This document shows, in pieces, positions 20,175 to 28,854 of a DNA stretch of 64,000 bases. The translations under genes were made by a program, and so were the position numbers. The stretch is from assembly GCA_963812015.1 (NCBI GenBank), contig CAWETI010000003.1:1632001-1696000 (forward strand), in the 5' to 3' direction. The DNA is from an uncultured delta proteobacterium. Lineage in GTDB: Bacteria > Desulfobacterota > Desulfobaccia > Desulfobaccales > 0-14-0-80-60-11. The number at the start of each line of letters is the position of its first letter. The first letter of the stretch is position 1. Below the pieces are notes generated by a model, which saw only the letters and a list, made by a program, of their open reading frames with translations, ran no database searches and had not been told where the DNA came from.

Positions 20175-20867
20175 CTAATATCCGCTATTTTCAATATCTT
20201 CTTTCAATTTCTTTACTTCTTTTCGAAATGTCTCAATATTAACATCTACATCAAAAGAAATAGTATGCAATAACACACTTACACATTTAGCAATTCTCAA
20301 TGGTCGAGCTTCTGGAACATGTATTATGAATAACTTTGCAAGATAATTTTTTATGTTATCTTCATCGATCCTGGGCTTAATGTTTTTTAATGCCGTTACT
20401 TTCCATCCTTCAATTATTTTTCTAATATTTGAAATAGTAGTTTTCTTAATTTTGGTTCCCTGAACTAATCTCATAAAGGAAACTCCCTCGGCCATTGCGT
20501 CATAAGACTGAAATAATCGATCAAACAAGGCTGTAACCCATTTAGTGGGACCTTCGCTATCTGTCCACTTCTCCTCCTTGAACAGCAGCCACATAAAGAG
20601 CGCCAAGGCGGCTTCTCTTACCAAGTTTTCCAAATCCTTAATTGGGTGGGAGTTATATTGAGGTCTGCCTGCAGTCGCCTTCTTACTACCCTTCAGTCTT
20701 CCTTCATGGAAGATTTCTTTTGACTCCTTTGATTCCATTATCCAAATCGCAATGTCAAGGTCAGTCAAACGATTGGCGGGCGTTTCGGTAACTGCGTTGG
20801 GGGGATAAGGGCTGGAGTTCTTCAGCCGGGATAGAAGTTCACTAAAACACTCTTCTTCTGGGGTCAT
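20175..20867 (-). CDS. Hypothetical protein
   Basis: 230-aa ORF with GAGGAGG RBS, AT-rich; no family recognised. Confidence 0.65.
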   Translation of the reverse strand: MTPEEECFSELLSRLKNSSPYPPNAVTETPANRLTDLDIAIWIMESKESKEIFHEGRLKGSKKATAGRPQYNSHPIKDLENLVREAALALFMWLLFKEEKWTDSEGPTKWVTALFDRLFQSYDAMAEGVSFMRLVQGTKIKKTTISNIRKIIEGWKVTALKNIKPRIDEDNIKNYLAKLFIIHVPEARPLRIAKCVSVLLHTISFDVDVNIETFRKEVKKLKEDIENSGY

Positions 20868-21203
20868 GGGCCACCTCCTCTTGTGATCCAGCGGTTCCTG
20901 AGAAAAACTCCCCCCAGGGTGGTGAGGAAGCCACCTTGTCCTCCCGGGGATCAGCCAGGGGTTAGGGGGGTGAGGCCAGTTTAGCAGAGTGTCATTTTGG
21001 TGTCCATCGGCAGTCTCCTCCCTTAGTCTACCTATGAATAATCAAAAAGATAGCGCAGGCGGTAGGTGTCACCATAGGTGTCATTCATTCCGGCAAATCG
21101 GCCCTAATCAGGATCACTCCATACCAATATGATTTTGGCTAACACATTGATTAAACTGTATAGAAACCACTTAGCGCCAATCCAGCCAATAGGATAAAAT
21201 CGC

Positions 21204-21259
21204 ACTCAAAATCCCCCGGGTGAAAGCCTGTGCCGGTTCGAGTCCGGCCTCCGGCACCA
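21204..21259 (+). repeat. attR of island 1 (displaced 3' half of tRNA-Leu); its 3' end is also the left att of island 2
   Basis: Matches 8063-8118 at 53 of 56 nt. Confidence 0.93.
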
Positions 21260-21514
21260 CCTGATAATCCAAAGAGATCTTGTAAGTTCTAAAAGCCCAC
21301 ATCTAGTAAGAGATTGTGGGCTTTTCTTTGTCTATTGCCGTCCTGTACTTTCTATGGACAGCCGGGGTAAATGGGGGTAGAATAAGGGGTATATCGGCGC
21401 TGGGGGTATATAAAATACCCCCAATTAACCCTGTCTCTTTGTATAGAGCGGGTTACAAGGCGAATGGGATAGACACCGGAATAAGTGTGATTCCCACGCT
21501 CGAGGAGGTACCCT

Positions 21515-22738
21515 ATGCGCACCGATAAGCTGACCGATCCAAAGATCCGGCAAGCTAAGCCGGCAGACAAACCCTACAAACTCTTCGACGGCGGCGGCCT
21601 GTTTCTGCTGGTTCAGCCAAGTGGTTCGAAGCTCTGGCGGCTAAAGTACCGCTTCGGCGGAAAGGAAAAGCTCCTTGCCATCGGCAGCTATGACAAGCGC
21701 GTCTCGCTAAAGAAGGCTCGAGAGGAGCGCGACAAGGCCAGGGATCAATTGGTGGAGGGCATTGACCCAGCCGCCTCAAGAAGAAAGGAAAAGTATGCCG
21801 AGCGGGAGCAGGCTGAGAACACCTTCCGGGCTATTGCTCTAAATTGGGCCGAGACATACGGTGCCCGCTGGACTGAATCGCACCGTGCCCGGGTGGTGGC
21901 CTCCCTGGAGGCTGACGCCTTCCCTTCCCTTGGCGACCTTACCATCAAGGAAATTAGCCCACCGATGGTCCTGGAGGTCATCCGGGCAGTCGAGTCCCGC
22001 GGCGCGCTCGATGTCGCATCCCGGGTTTTACAGCGGACCAATGCCATTTTTCGATATGCCATCCAGACCGGCCGGGCGATTTATAACCCGGCGTCAGACA
22101 TGAAGGGGGTCCTGAAAACCCGCAAGGTAGAGCATCGTTCCACAATCTCCCGAGGTGAGCTGCCGCACTTCCTCATGAAGCTCGATTCTTATTCCGGCAA
22201 CCCTATCACCAAACTGGCCCTGAGGCTCATCATATTGACCTTCGTACGGACTGGAGAGCTTCGCGGCGCACGCTGGGAGGAATTCGATGTCGGACAGGGG
22301 GAATGGCGCATTCCGGCAGAGCGCATGAAGATGCGGTCGCCGCACATTGTCCCCTTGTCGCCTCAAGCCCTGGCCGTCATCGAAGTATTGAGGCCGCTAA
22401 CCGGTCAATTCGATTTACTCTTTCCGTCTCAGCGAGACCAACAAAGGCCTATCTCCGAAAATACTCTCCTTTATGCCCTCTACCGCCTCGGCTATCATAA
22501 GCGCGCTACTGTGCACGGGTTCCGGGCATTGGCGAGCACGATCCTAAACGAGACCGGATTTCGGCCGGATGTCATTGAGCGCCAGCTTGCCCATGTTGAG
22601 CGGAACAAAGTCCGGGCAGCATATCATAGATCTGAATACTTGGAAGAGCGCCAAAAGATGATGGACTGGTGGGGAGAATGGATTGAATCTATGGCGAATG
22701 AGCAGAAAGTTGTTCTCCTCCGGAGACAGCCGACATGA
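21515..22738 (+). CDS. P4-family tyrosine integrase (Arm-DNA-bind_3)
   Basis: KLTDPKIR...KLFDGGGL...GSKLWRLKYR; RTGELR, MKMR, TVHGFR, QLAH, AAYHR. Confidence 0.96.
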   Translation: MRTDKLTDPKIRQAKPADKPYKLFDGGGLFLLVQPSGSKLWRLKYRFGGKEKLLAIGSYDKRVSLKKAREERDKARDQLVEGIDPAASRRKEKYAEREQAENTFRAIALNWAETYGARWTESHRARVVASLEADAFPSLGDLTIKEISPPMVLEVIRAVESRGALDVASRVLQRTNAIFRYAIQTGRAIYNPASDMKGVLKTRKVEHRSTISRGELPHFLMKLDSYSGNPITKLALRLIILTFVRTGELRGARWEEFDVGQGEWRIPAERMKMRSPHIVPLSPQALAVIEVLRPLTGQFDLLFPSQRDQQRPISENTLLYALYRLGYHKRATVHGFRALASTILNETGFRPDVIERQLAHVERNKVRAAYHRSEYLEERQKMMDWWGEWIESMANEQKVVLLRRQPT

Positions 22739-22746
22739 TCAGATGA

Positions 22747-22849
22747 AAGCATCTAAGGGAACTGTGGCGGATGATGCAGGGCTGGAGCCGACTACCTGGA
22801 AGGGATCAAGTCCAGGGCCAAAATCATTCCGATACGGGCTACGGGCTGA
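22747..22849 (+). pseudogene. Relic C-terminal tail of another P4-family integrase
   Basis: Reads KHLRELWRMMQGW / (frameshift) ADYLEGIKSRAKIIPIRATG*, resembling the ER..MMQ.WADYL...KV(I)PI tail of this family. Confidence 0.6.
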
Positions 22850-23040
22850 AAAAGTGGCCACTCAAAAGAAAATCACTTGTAATGACCAAAATGTGAGCTG
22901 ACAACCATCAAGCCGAGATCAAATCAGACCTGACTGTTCACCTGGCACTTGGTATTAAAACTTTACATGCCGCCGGAGTTTTTTAGATATAGCTATCATA
23001 TCCATATCAAAACGCTTTAATGAATTTTCAACCTGCGGAG

Positions 23041-23175
23041 ATATAGCAGATAGCGAAAGCCCTGAAGTCGGGGTTCCTCTTAGATGGTAGACCGCTTCCC
23101 GCTCATCTCCCTGCCTCCCTTCGATCCATTACTCTAAACATAGCTCGTAGATCAGTTTTCAGGGGGTATGTCACC
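23041..23175 (+). repeat. Module-junction repeat, right portion (copy R1)
   Basis: Aligns by eye with 28697-28827 (ATAGCAGATAGCGAAAG...AAGTCGGG...ACCGCTTCC.GCTCATCTCCC...GATCAGTTTTC.GGGGG). Confidence 0.7.
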
Positions 23176-23264
23176 TTCGATACAGTCCCTAACAACTCGG
23201 ACCTGATGGGTGGGGTGCAACTTGCCGATAAGGCTTTGAACCTTGCCGGGCACGCTGACCCCCC

Positions 23265-23879
23265 TCAGTGCTTCCCAGCCCCTTGAATCGCCTCGGCAAT
23301 CTCCTGGCTGAGCTGGGCCAGCGCCCGGCTCTGTGCCGCAACCAACGCGGCATAATCCGCACCCGTCACCGGCTCGCGAATACTGGACCGATTCATTTTG
23401 AGCAGCTTTTTCTCCGGTCCCCCGAAGATGCTCCAGCGCGCCTCCAGCCAGGCGGCGTCGCCCAACCGGCCATCACAACGCACGATATCCACTACCACTT
23501 GGTAGTCGATGGGCACGGACATGCGCCAGGGATAGAGATAAATCCGTTCGGTCAACAGGAGAACACCAATATTGTCGGCCAGAACATTAATGAAGTTATC
23601 CTTGAAGGAGCCCACCCAGCGATCGAACTGGGCTTTTACCGCCTGATTGTCGCTGGTGCGGGTGACCAGCATAGACTGGTCGAGGTAATCGGCCAGCTTG
23701 ACGGGGCCGATGCCGATAACCGCGTTCTGGGCCGGGCTTTGCCTCTTTGAAATCACCTGGTCTTCCTGTATGGAGTTCAAGGTGTAAAAACGCGGCGATT
23801 GACTCCTACAGCCGCCTAAAAAGAGGGCCGCGGTCGCCAGGATGACCGCTAAGCCGCGAGAAAAAGGCACTACTCTCAT
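23265..23879 (-). CDS. PqiC-family (ABC_trans_aux) lipoprotein
   Basis: LGGC lipobox; FYTL, IGIGPVKLADYLDQ, FDRW motifs; last gene of a Mla-type operon. Confidence 0.85.
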   Translation of the reverse strand: MRVVPFSRGLAVILATAALFLGGCRSQSPRFYTLNSIQEDQVISKRQSPAQNAVIGIGPVKLADYLDQSMLVTRTSDNQAVKAQFDRWVGSFKDNFINVLADNIGVLLLTERIYLYPWRMSVPIDYQVVVDIVRCDGRLGDAAWLEARWSIFGGPEKKLLKMNRSSIREPVTGADYAALVAAQSRALAQLSQEIAEAIQGAGKH

Positions 23880-23880
23880 G

Positions 23881-24831
23881 TTATTTCCCTCCAGGCTTCC
23901 CTTTGCCGCGAATCAGGGCTTCGGGATGCTGGTCAAGATAATTGGTCAACTGCCGAATTGACCTACTCATGGCAGAAATCTCCTGCAGCGTGTTCTCCAA
24001 ATCTACTATCAGCGGTGAGTCTTGGGAGAGGATACCTCTGGCCGTGGACATGGTTTTATCCAAACCGGTCGCCACCCCTCCCACCTGGCCGTCAATATTG
24101 CGGGCCAGCTTGCCGAAATCTTTGACGGTTTTTTTCACGTCGTCCACCAGCGGGTCCACCTGGCGGTCCACCCTGGTGAGGAGCTTGCGGGCGTCCTCAA
24201 GAGTATCATGCAGGGCACGAATGCTGGCGGCCAGGTCCGGGTTGTTAACGAGTTTAGAGATGCCTTCCAGGGTCGATTCCAAATGCTTTTCCAGGGCCGT
24301 GAGATCCAGCTTCCCCAGGGCATTGGCCAGCTTTTCGGAGGTGGACGGGCAGGTTGGAATCACCACATAGTCCTTATAGTCTTTGTCGATTTGGGCTGGA
24401 GCATAGCAGAGACCTGACCCGGGAGCAAAATCAAGCTGGATCATTAACTGACCGGTAATAAAACTCTGCGTAATCAGCTGGGCCCGCAGGCCCCTTTCGA
24501 TGAGCTTCGTCGCAACTTCCCGGTAATTTCTTTTTCCAGCTCGCACCTTCCATCGGTCCGGATCGATTTCGATGAGGATGGGGATTTGTGTTGTCATCTT
24601 AGCCAGGTCGGCTTGGAGAGTAATGCTGGTCACAGACCCGACCTGAACGCCCTGGAACAGCACCGGTGCGCCCACATTCAATCCGGTGATGGATTCATTA
24701 AAGTACAAAATGTATTTGTTGGTTTTCTGGAAGAATTTGCCCGAACCGAATACGACCAGGCTGGCGGCCATAAGGATCACTGCGAGGACCACGAAACCGC
24801 CGATCATCATTCTGTTTGCTTGCTTAGCCAT
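23881..24831 (-). CDS. mlaD: MlaD/MCE-domain protein
   Basis: N-terminal TM; SITGLNVGAPVLFQGVQVGSV MCE motif; GLRAQL; helical tail ending YLDQHPEALIRGK. Confidence 0.85.
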   Translation of the reverse strand: MAKQANRMMIGGFVVLAVILMAASLVVFGSGKFFQKTNKYILYFNESITGLNVGAPVLFQGVQVGSVTSITLQADLAKMTTQIPILIEIDPDRWKVRAGKRNYREVATKLIERGLRAQLITQSFITGQLMIQLDFAPGSGLCYAPAQIDKDYKDYVVIPTCPSTSEKLANALGKLDLTALEKHLESTLEGISKLVNNPDLAASIRALHDTLEDARKLLTRVDRQVDPLVDDVKKTVKDFGKLARNIDGQVGGVATGLDKTMSTARGILSQDSPLIVDLENTLQEISAMSRSIRQLTNYLDQHPEALIRGKGKPGGK

Positions 24832-24849
24832 CTCTGCCCATCCTATCGG

Positions 24850-25638
24850 TTAAGATTTCTCGCCCCGGGTTAAAAACAGGCGCAAATCGGGATCCCGGGT
24901 TTCGGCCAAAAGCTGGTTCGGGTTGCCCATGGCCGTCATGGTTCGTTTGGATACATCCAAGAATACGGAATTGCTGCCAATCGCAAATATGCTGGCCAAC
25001 TCATGGGTCACTACCACCATGGTGGTGCCCAGGCTGTCACGCAGTTCCAGGATCAGGTCATCCAGACGGCGGGCGCTCACCGGATCCAACCCGGCGGAAG
25101 GCTCATCGAAAAACAGGATCTCCGGATCGAGGGCCATGGCCCGGGCGATACCGGCCCGTTTCTGCATCCCGCCGCTGATCTCCGAGGGATAAAACTCTTC
25201 GAATCCGGCCATCCCCACCAGGGCCAGTTTCAGTTTGACAACCTCACGAATCTGGCCCGGGCTTAAATCCGTATAGAGCTCCAGGGGCAGGGCGATATTC
25301 TCGGCCAGGGTCATGGAGCTCCAGAGCGCCCCGCTCTGGTACATCACCCCGGCCCGGCGAATGATCCGGTCGCGGGTCTGTTGATCGGCTCCCCAGAAAT
25401 CGACATCTCCATAAAAGACCTTGCCCTTGGCCGGGGCCTTCAAGCCGATTAAAATGGTCATCATGGTGCTCTTGCCGCAGCCGCTGCCGCCCATGATGAT
25501 GAAGATGTCCCCCCGGTTTATGGTAAAAGTCAGGTCCCTCATAAGGACAAAGTCGCCATAAGCCATGGTGAGATCGCGCACCGTTATGTGGGCTTCTTTT
25601 TCCGTCATTGTCACTTTATCCTGAGGCGCTGTTGGCAT
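24850..25638 (-). CDS. mlaF: MlaF-like ABC ATPase
   Basis: GGSGCGKS, EISGGMQKRAGIARAMALDP, FFDEPSAGLDP, VVTHE. Confidence 0.9.
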   Translation of the reverse strand: MPTAPQDKVTMTEKEAHITVRDLTMAYGDFVLMRDLTFTINRGDIFIIMGGSGCGKSTMMTILIGLKAPAKGKVFYGDVDFWGADQQTRDRIIRRAGVMYQSGALWSSMTLAENIALPLELYTDLSPGQIREVVKLKLALVGMAGFEEFYPSEISGGMQKRAGIARAMALDPEILFFDEPSAGLDPVSARRLDDLILELRDSLGTTMVVVTHELASIFAIGSNSVFLDVSKRTMTAMGNPNQLLAETRDPDLRLFLTRGEKS

Positions 25639-25642
25639 TCCC

Positions 25643-26776
25643 TCATATCCCCAGCATGTTGCACAAAATGGTGATCACGGCGGTGGAGAGGATAATCCCG
25701 ACAATGGCGGTGACCACCGCGGATGTGGCCGCGTCACCCACCGCCGAGGCGCTGCGGCCGCACTGCATGCCCCGCATGCAGCCGGCCAGCGCCACAATGA
25801 CGCCGAACACGAGGCCGGAAAACAGGCCGATGCCCAGATTCCAGAGACCCACCGCCTTCGCCGTCTCGTTATAGTATTCTATAAAGCCGATATTGAGCAG
25901 CCCTACCCCCACCACCATGCCCCCCAGTATGCCCATGATATTGGCGTAAAGACACAGCAAGGGCATCATCACCGCCAGGGCCAGCATACGCGGCAGCACC
26001 AGAAACTCCATGGGTGATATGCCCAGGGTTTTCAGGGCATCGATCTCCTGGTTCACCTGCATGGTCCCCAGCTGAGCGGCAAAGGCGCCCCCCGTGCGGC
26101 CGGCCATGACGATGCCGGTCATAATCGCCGCCATCAGGCGAACCATGGCAATGCCCACCAAATCGGCCACATAAATCTGGGCCCCGAAGAGCTTCAACTG
26201 GATGGCGCCGATAAACGCTAGGATCAACCCCACCAAAAAACAGATGAGGGAGACGATGGGCAACGCCTGGGCGCTAACGGCCTGCGTGATTAAGCCCAGG
26301 TCGGAGCGGCGGTACTGGGCCTTGCCCCGCAGCAGATTCAGGACGGCAATGACCGTATCGCCGAGGAATTCCAGCATTTCACCTGCAGATCGGAAGAGCT
26401 CGACGGTTTGGTTACCCAAATGGGTGAGAAACGACACCCGCCCCTCAGCCTGGCGGGCATCTTTCTTTTCCGGTACCGCCAAGGCCAATTCCAACAGTCT
26501 CTTCGCTCCTGGGGGCAGTCCGTCGCGGTTCAAGAGAATTTTTTGCTGGGAGCAGAGCGTGCCTAAGTTCATCAGGAAGGTCAACAGCCCGGAGTCCCAC
26601 TGGGTCAGCTCCCGGGTGTCGAAGACCAAGTTACGGACCCCGGCCCTGCCTGCGAGCCTTTGTTGAACCTTATCGGCCCCGGGCAGTTCACCCCCCAGCT
26701 TCCACTCTCCGGAAAGAATCACCTTCAGCGTGTCTGCTGAGGGTTGCTCCAGGATCATTTCACCACGGGCCGTCAT
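25643..26776 (-). CDS. mlaE: MlaE-family ABC permease with N-terminal STAS-like domain
   Basis: AGRTGGAFAAQLGTMQVNQEIDALKTLG...LVLPR; AVGDAATSAVV. Confidence 0.9.
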   Translation of the reverse strand: MTARGEMILEQPSADTLKVILSGEWKLGGELPGADKVQQRLAGRAGVRNLVFDTRELTQWDSGLLTFLMNLGTLCSQQKILLNRDGLPPGAKRLLELALAVPEKKDARQAEGRVSFLTHLGNQTVELFRSAGEMLEFLGDTVIAVLNLLRGKAQYRRSDLGLITQAVSAQALPIVSLICFLVGLILAFIGAIQLKLFGAQIYVADLVGIAMVRLMAAIMTGIVMAGRTGGAFAAQLGTMQVNQEIDALKTLGISPMEFLVLPRMLALAVMMPLLCLYANIMGILGGMVVGVGLLNIGFIEYYNETAKAVGLWNLGIGLFSGLVFGVIVALAGCMRGMQCGRSASAVGDAATSAVVTAIVGIILSTAVITILCNMLGI

Positions 26777-26821
26777 GTGCCATTTTCTCCATGGTAGCTC
26801 TTGAGCTAATAATTGGGGGCT

Positions 26822-28186
26822 TCATCCTTCCTCTGACCCAGTCCGAAGCATTGCTTCAGGAATAGATTTGAGGTGCACATCCCGTTGGGGATAGGGCATT
26901 TCTATACCATGCTCCTGGAACCGCTGCAAGATGCCCCTGAAGAGATCGCTCTTGACAGAGGCGATGCCGTTCTGCGGGTCGTTAATCCACACCCGTACTT
27001 CCAGGTTGACGGCATTATCTCCCAAACCTGTTATAAGGTAGGCAGGTTTAGGATCTTTGAGTACCCGGTGGGTATCCGTAGCCGCCGCCAACATCAGTTC
27101 CCTGGCTTTCTCCAGATCAGAACCGTAGGCAACGCCAACGGGAACTCTTAACCGGACGAGGTTCTGACTGTAAGACCAGTTGATCACTTCTTCGGTTATC
27201 AGGTTTTCATTGGGGATAAGATGCTCGATGCCGTCCCGGGTGACCACGGAGACATAGCGGCTTCCCAGAAAATTGATCCAGCCGTAGGTGTCCTTTAACT
27301 GTATCACATCGCCGGGCTTGATGGATTTGTCCCCCAGAAGGATGAAACCGCTCACCAGGTTGGCAAAGATTTTTTGCAGGCCGAAACCCAGCCCCAATCC
27401 CAGGGCGCCGCCGAAGAGGGCGAAGACGGTGAGATCGAGCCCCAGGTAATGTAAGACTATGACGCCACAGGCGGAAACGAGCAGAATGCTGCCGAGCCTA
27501 TACAATAGGATTTGGACTGCAGAAGTTAAACCTGATTTTATTGTCAGCCAGAAATGAAAAAATATCCGCAGGTTTTTAGATACCCAGTAAAGCGCTAACA
27601 CCAGGAAAAAGGCCCGATTAACCTGTAAGAGGGAAAAGTGCACTTGCCCGAGATGAAAATCAACACCCTGCAAAAAACGGAACCATAAGTCGATGTAATT
27701 GAAAAGACCGAGAGAGGACAAGAGAACGGCGTAAACCCAAATAGCCATGGCCAGAATTTTGGCCCCAAAGCGGTTTTTCATCCTGTCGGTGAATAATCGC
27801 ACCAGGGTCAGGCCAACCAGCAACATGCCTGCGGCGTACAATTCATTGTGGCGCCACTGGAAATGGTCGGCGATATTATAGGCAATCGCCAATAGAATAA
27901 AGGCGAGAAAGGCATCAATAACCTTGACGAAATGCACGAGTATCGCCAGGTCGGCACCAGCTTCTGGATTTGTTGCGTGTTGCTCCTGTTGGCGGCGCAA
28001 CCAGGCGCGCATACCCCCGCTTATTTTGTAGGCTAACAGAAGAGCGCAGCCGATAACCACGATCTGGGCCGCCAGGGCCCAGGAAAGCACGTGCTGAAAG
28101 AAATATTCCCGGGCCTGGGACCCGATTTTGTCCAACTGGGCCAGATCAAAAAGACTACCCATGATGCCTCTCCCTGTGGAAATCAA
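26822..28186 (-). CDS. MscS-family mechanosensitive channel
   Basis: GALGLGLGFGLQKIFANLVSG...IKPGDVI...IPNENLIT...NWS...GIEMPYPQRD; true start may be the ATG at about 28162. Confidence 0.9.
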   Translation of the reverse strand: MISTGRGIMGSLFDLAQLDKIGSQAREYFFQHVLSWALAAQIVVIGCALLLAYKISGGMRAWLRRQQEQHATNPEAGADLAILVHFVKVIDAFLAFILLAIAYNIADHFQWRHNELYAAGMLLVGLTLVRLFTDRMKNRFGAKILAMAIWVYAVLLSSLGLFNYIDLWFRFLQGVDFHLGQVHFSLLQVNRAFFLVLALYWVSKNLRIFFHFWLTIKSGLTSAVQILLYRLGSILLVSACGVIVLHYLGLDLTVFALFGGALGLGLGFGLQKIFANLVSGFILLGDKSIKPGDVIQLKDTYGWINFLGSRYVSVVTRDGIEHLIPNENLITEEVINWSYSQNLVRLRVPVGVAYGSDLEKARELMLAAATDTHRVLKDPKPAYLITGLGDNAVNLEVRVWINDPQNGIASVKSDLFRGILQRFQEHGIEMPYPQRDVHLKSIPEAMLRTGSEEG

Positions 28187-28486
28187 CCGATCTCGGCGAA
28201 ATCAAGCTCCGGTGTGCTTGTAGCCTTTCCTTTCAGCTCTCCGCAAGAACCGATAATCTTATCAACGGCAAGATAGCATAAGTTTCCTCGCAAAAATATC
28301 TTTTCCCTGAATTTTGGGCAAACCAATCCCTTGGCAACCAGATGCTATCTGGCTCTGGTTAGCCTGAGGACTCCAGGCCAGCACTGATCGGCAATGGTGC
28401 GGCAGGAGAAAGGCGGAGGCTACATACATGGAAATACCATCTCCGGGCTTGGTAAGAAATCCTGGTGCCCCTGACTGCAAGATATC

Positions 28487-28827
28487 TTGCCAAACCCTTC
28501 ACTTATCACCGAACCGGCAAAAACTGCAGATATGATCTTCTTATCTTGCACCGGCATCTGTGGAGAGGAAGATTTCAGATGTCGTCGATAGGAGAACGCC
28601 AGGTTATCGGTGGAAACTGCAGGCGGCCATCAGTTTGAAAAGAGTCGATATGGTCTGAATATAGAAGGTTTTTGGCTTCGTGATAAGTGTCGGAGCATAG
28701 CAGATAGCGAAAGACTTAAAGTCGGGCTTTCTCCTGGTGGGCAAACCGCTTCCTGCTCATCTCCCGGCCTCTCTTTGACCCACTACTCGAACATAACTGG
28801 TGGATCAGTTTTCGGGGGGGCAGGTCA
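28487..28827 (+). repeat. Module-junction repeat, longest copy (R2), ending in an IS3-like terminus GGGGCAGGTCA
   Basis: Left about 220 bp aligns with 35176-35397 and 46783-46960; right about 130 bp aligns with 23041-23175 and partly with 13335-13388. Confidence 0.75.
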
Positions 28828-28854
28828 GTTGCTTTTTATCCCTTCCGAAAACGA

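Larger units (their letters stand above)
8063..21259. mobile_element. Island 1: about 13.2-kb tRNA-Leu-integrated phage-satellite-like element
   Basis: 56-bp direct repeat 8063-8118 / 21204-21259 (3 mismatches); integrase, XRE, excisionase, primase-helicase; no capsid, terminase or conjugation genes recognised. Confidence 0.9.

Noticed and set aside
8063..21259. Intact prophage
   Set aside because: No capsid, portal, terminase, tail or lysis genes recognised
28475..28495. Sigma54 promoter (TGGCAAGATATCTTGCA, minus strand) at the end of the junction repeat
   Set aside because: GG-GC spacing is one base too long and is not conserved in copies R3 and R4
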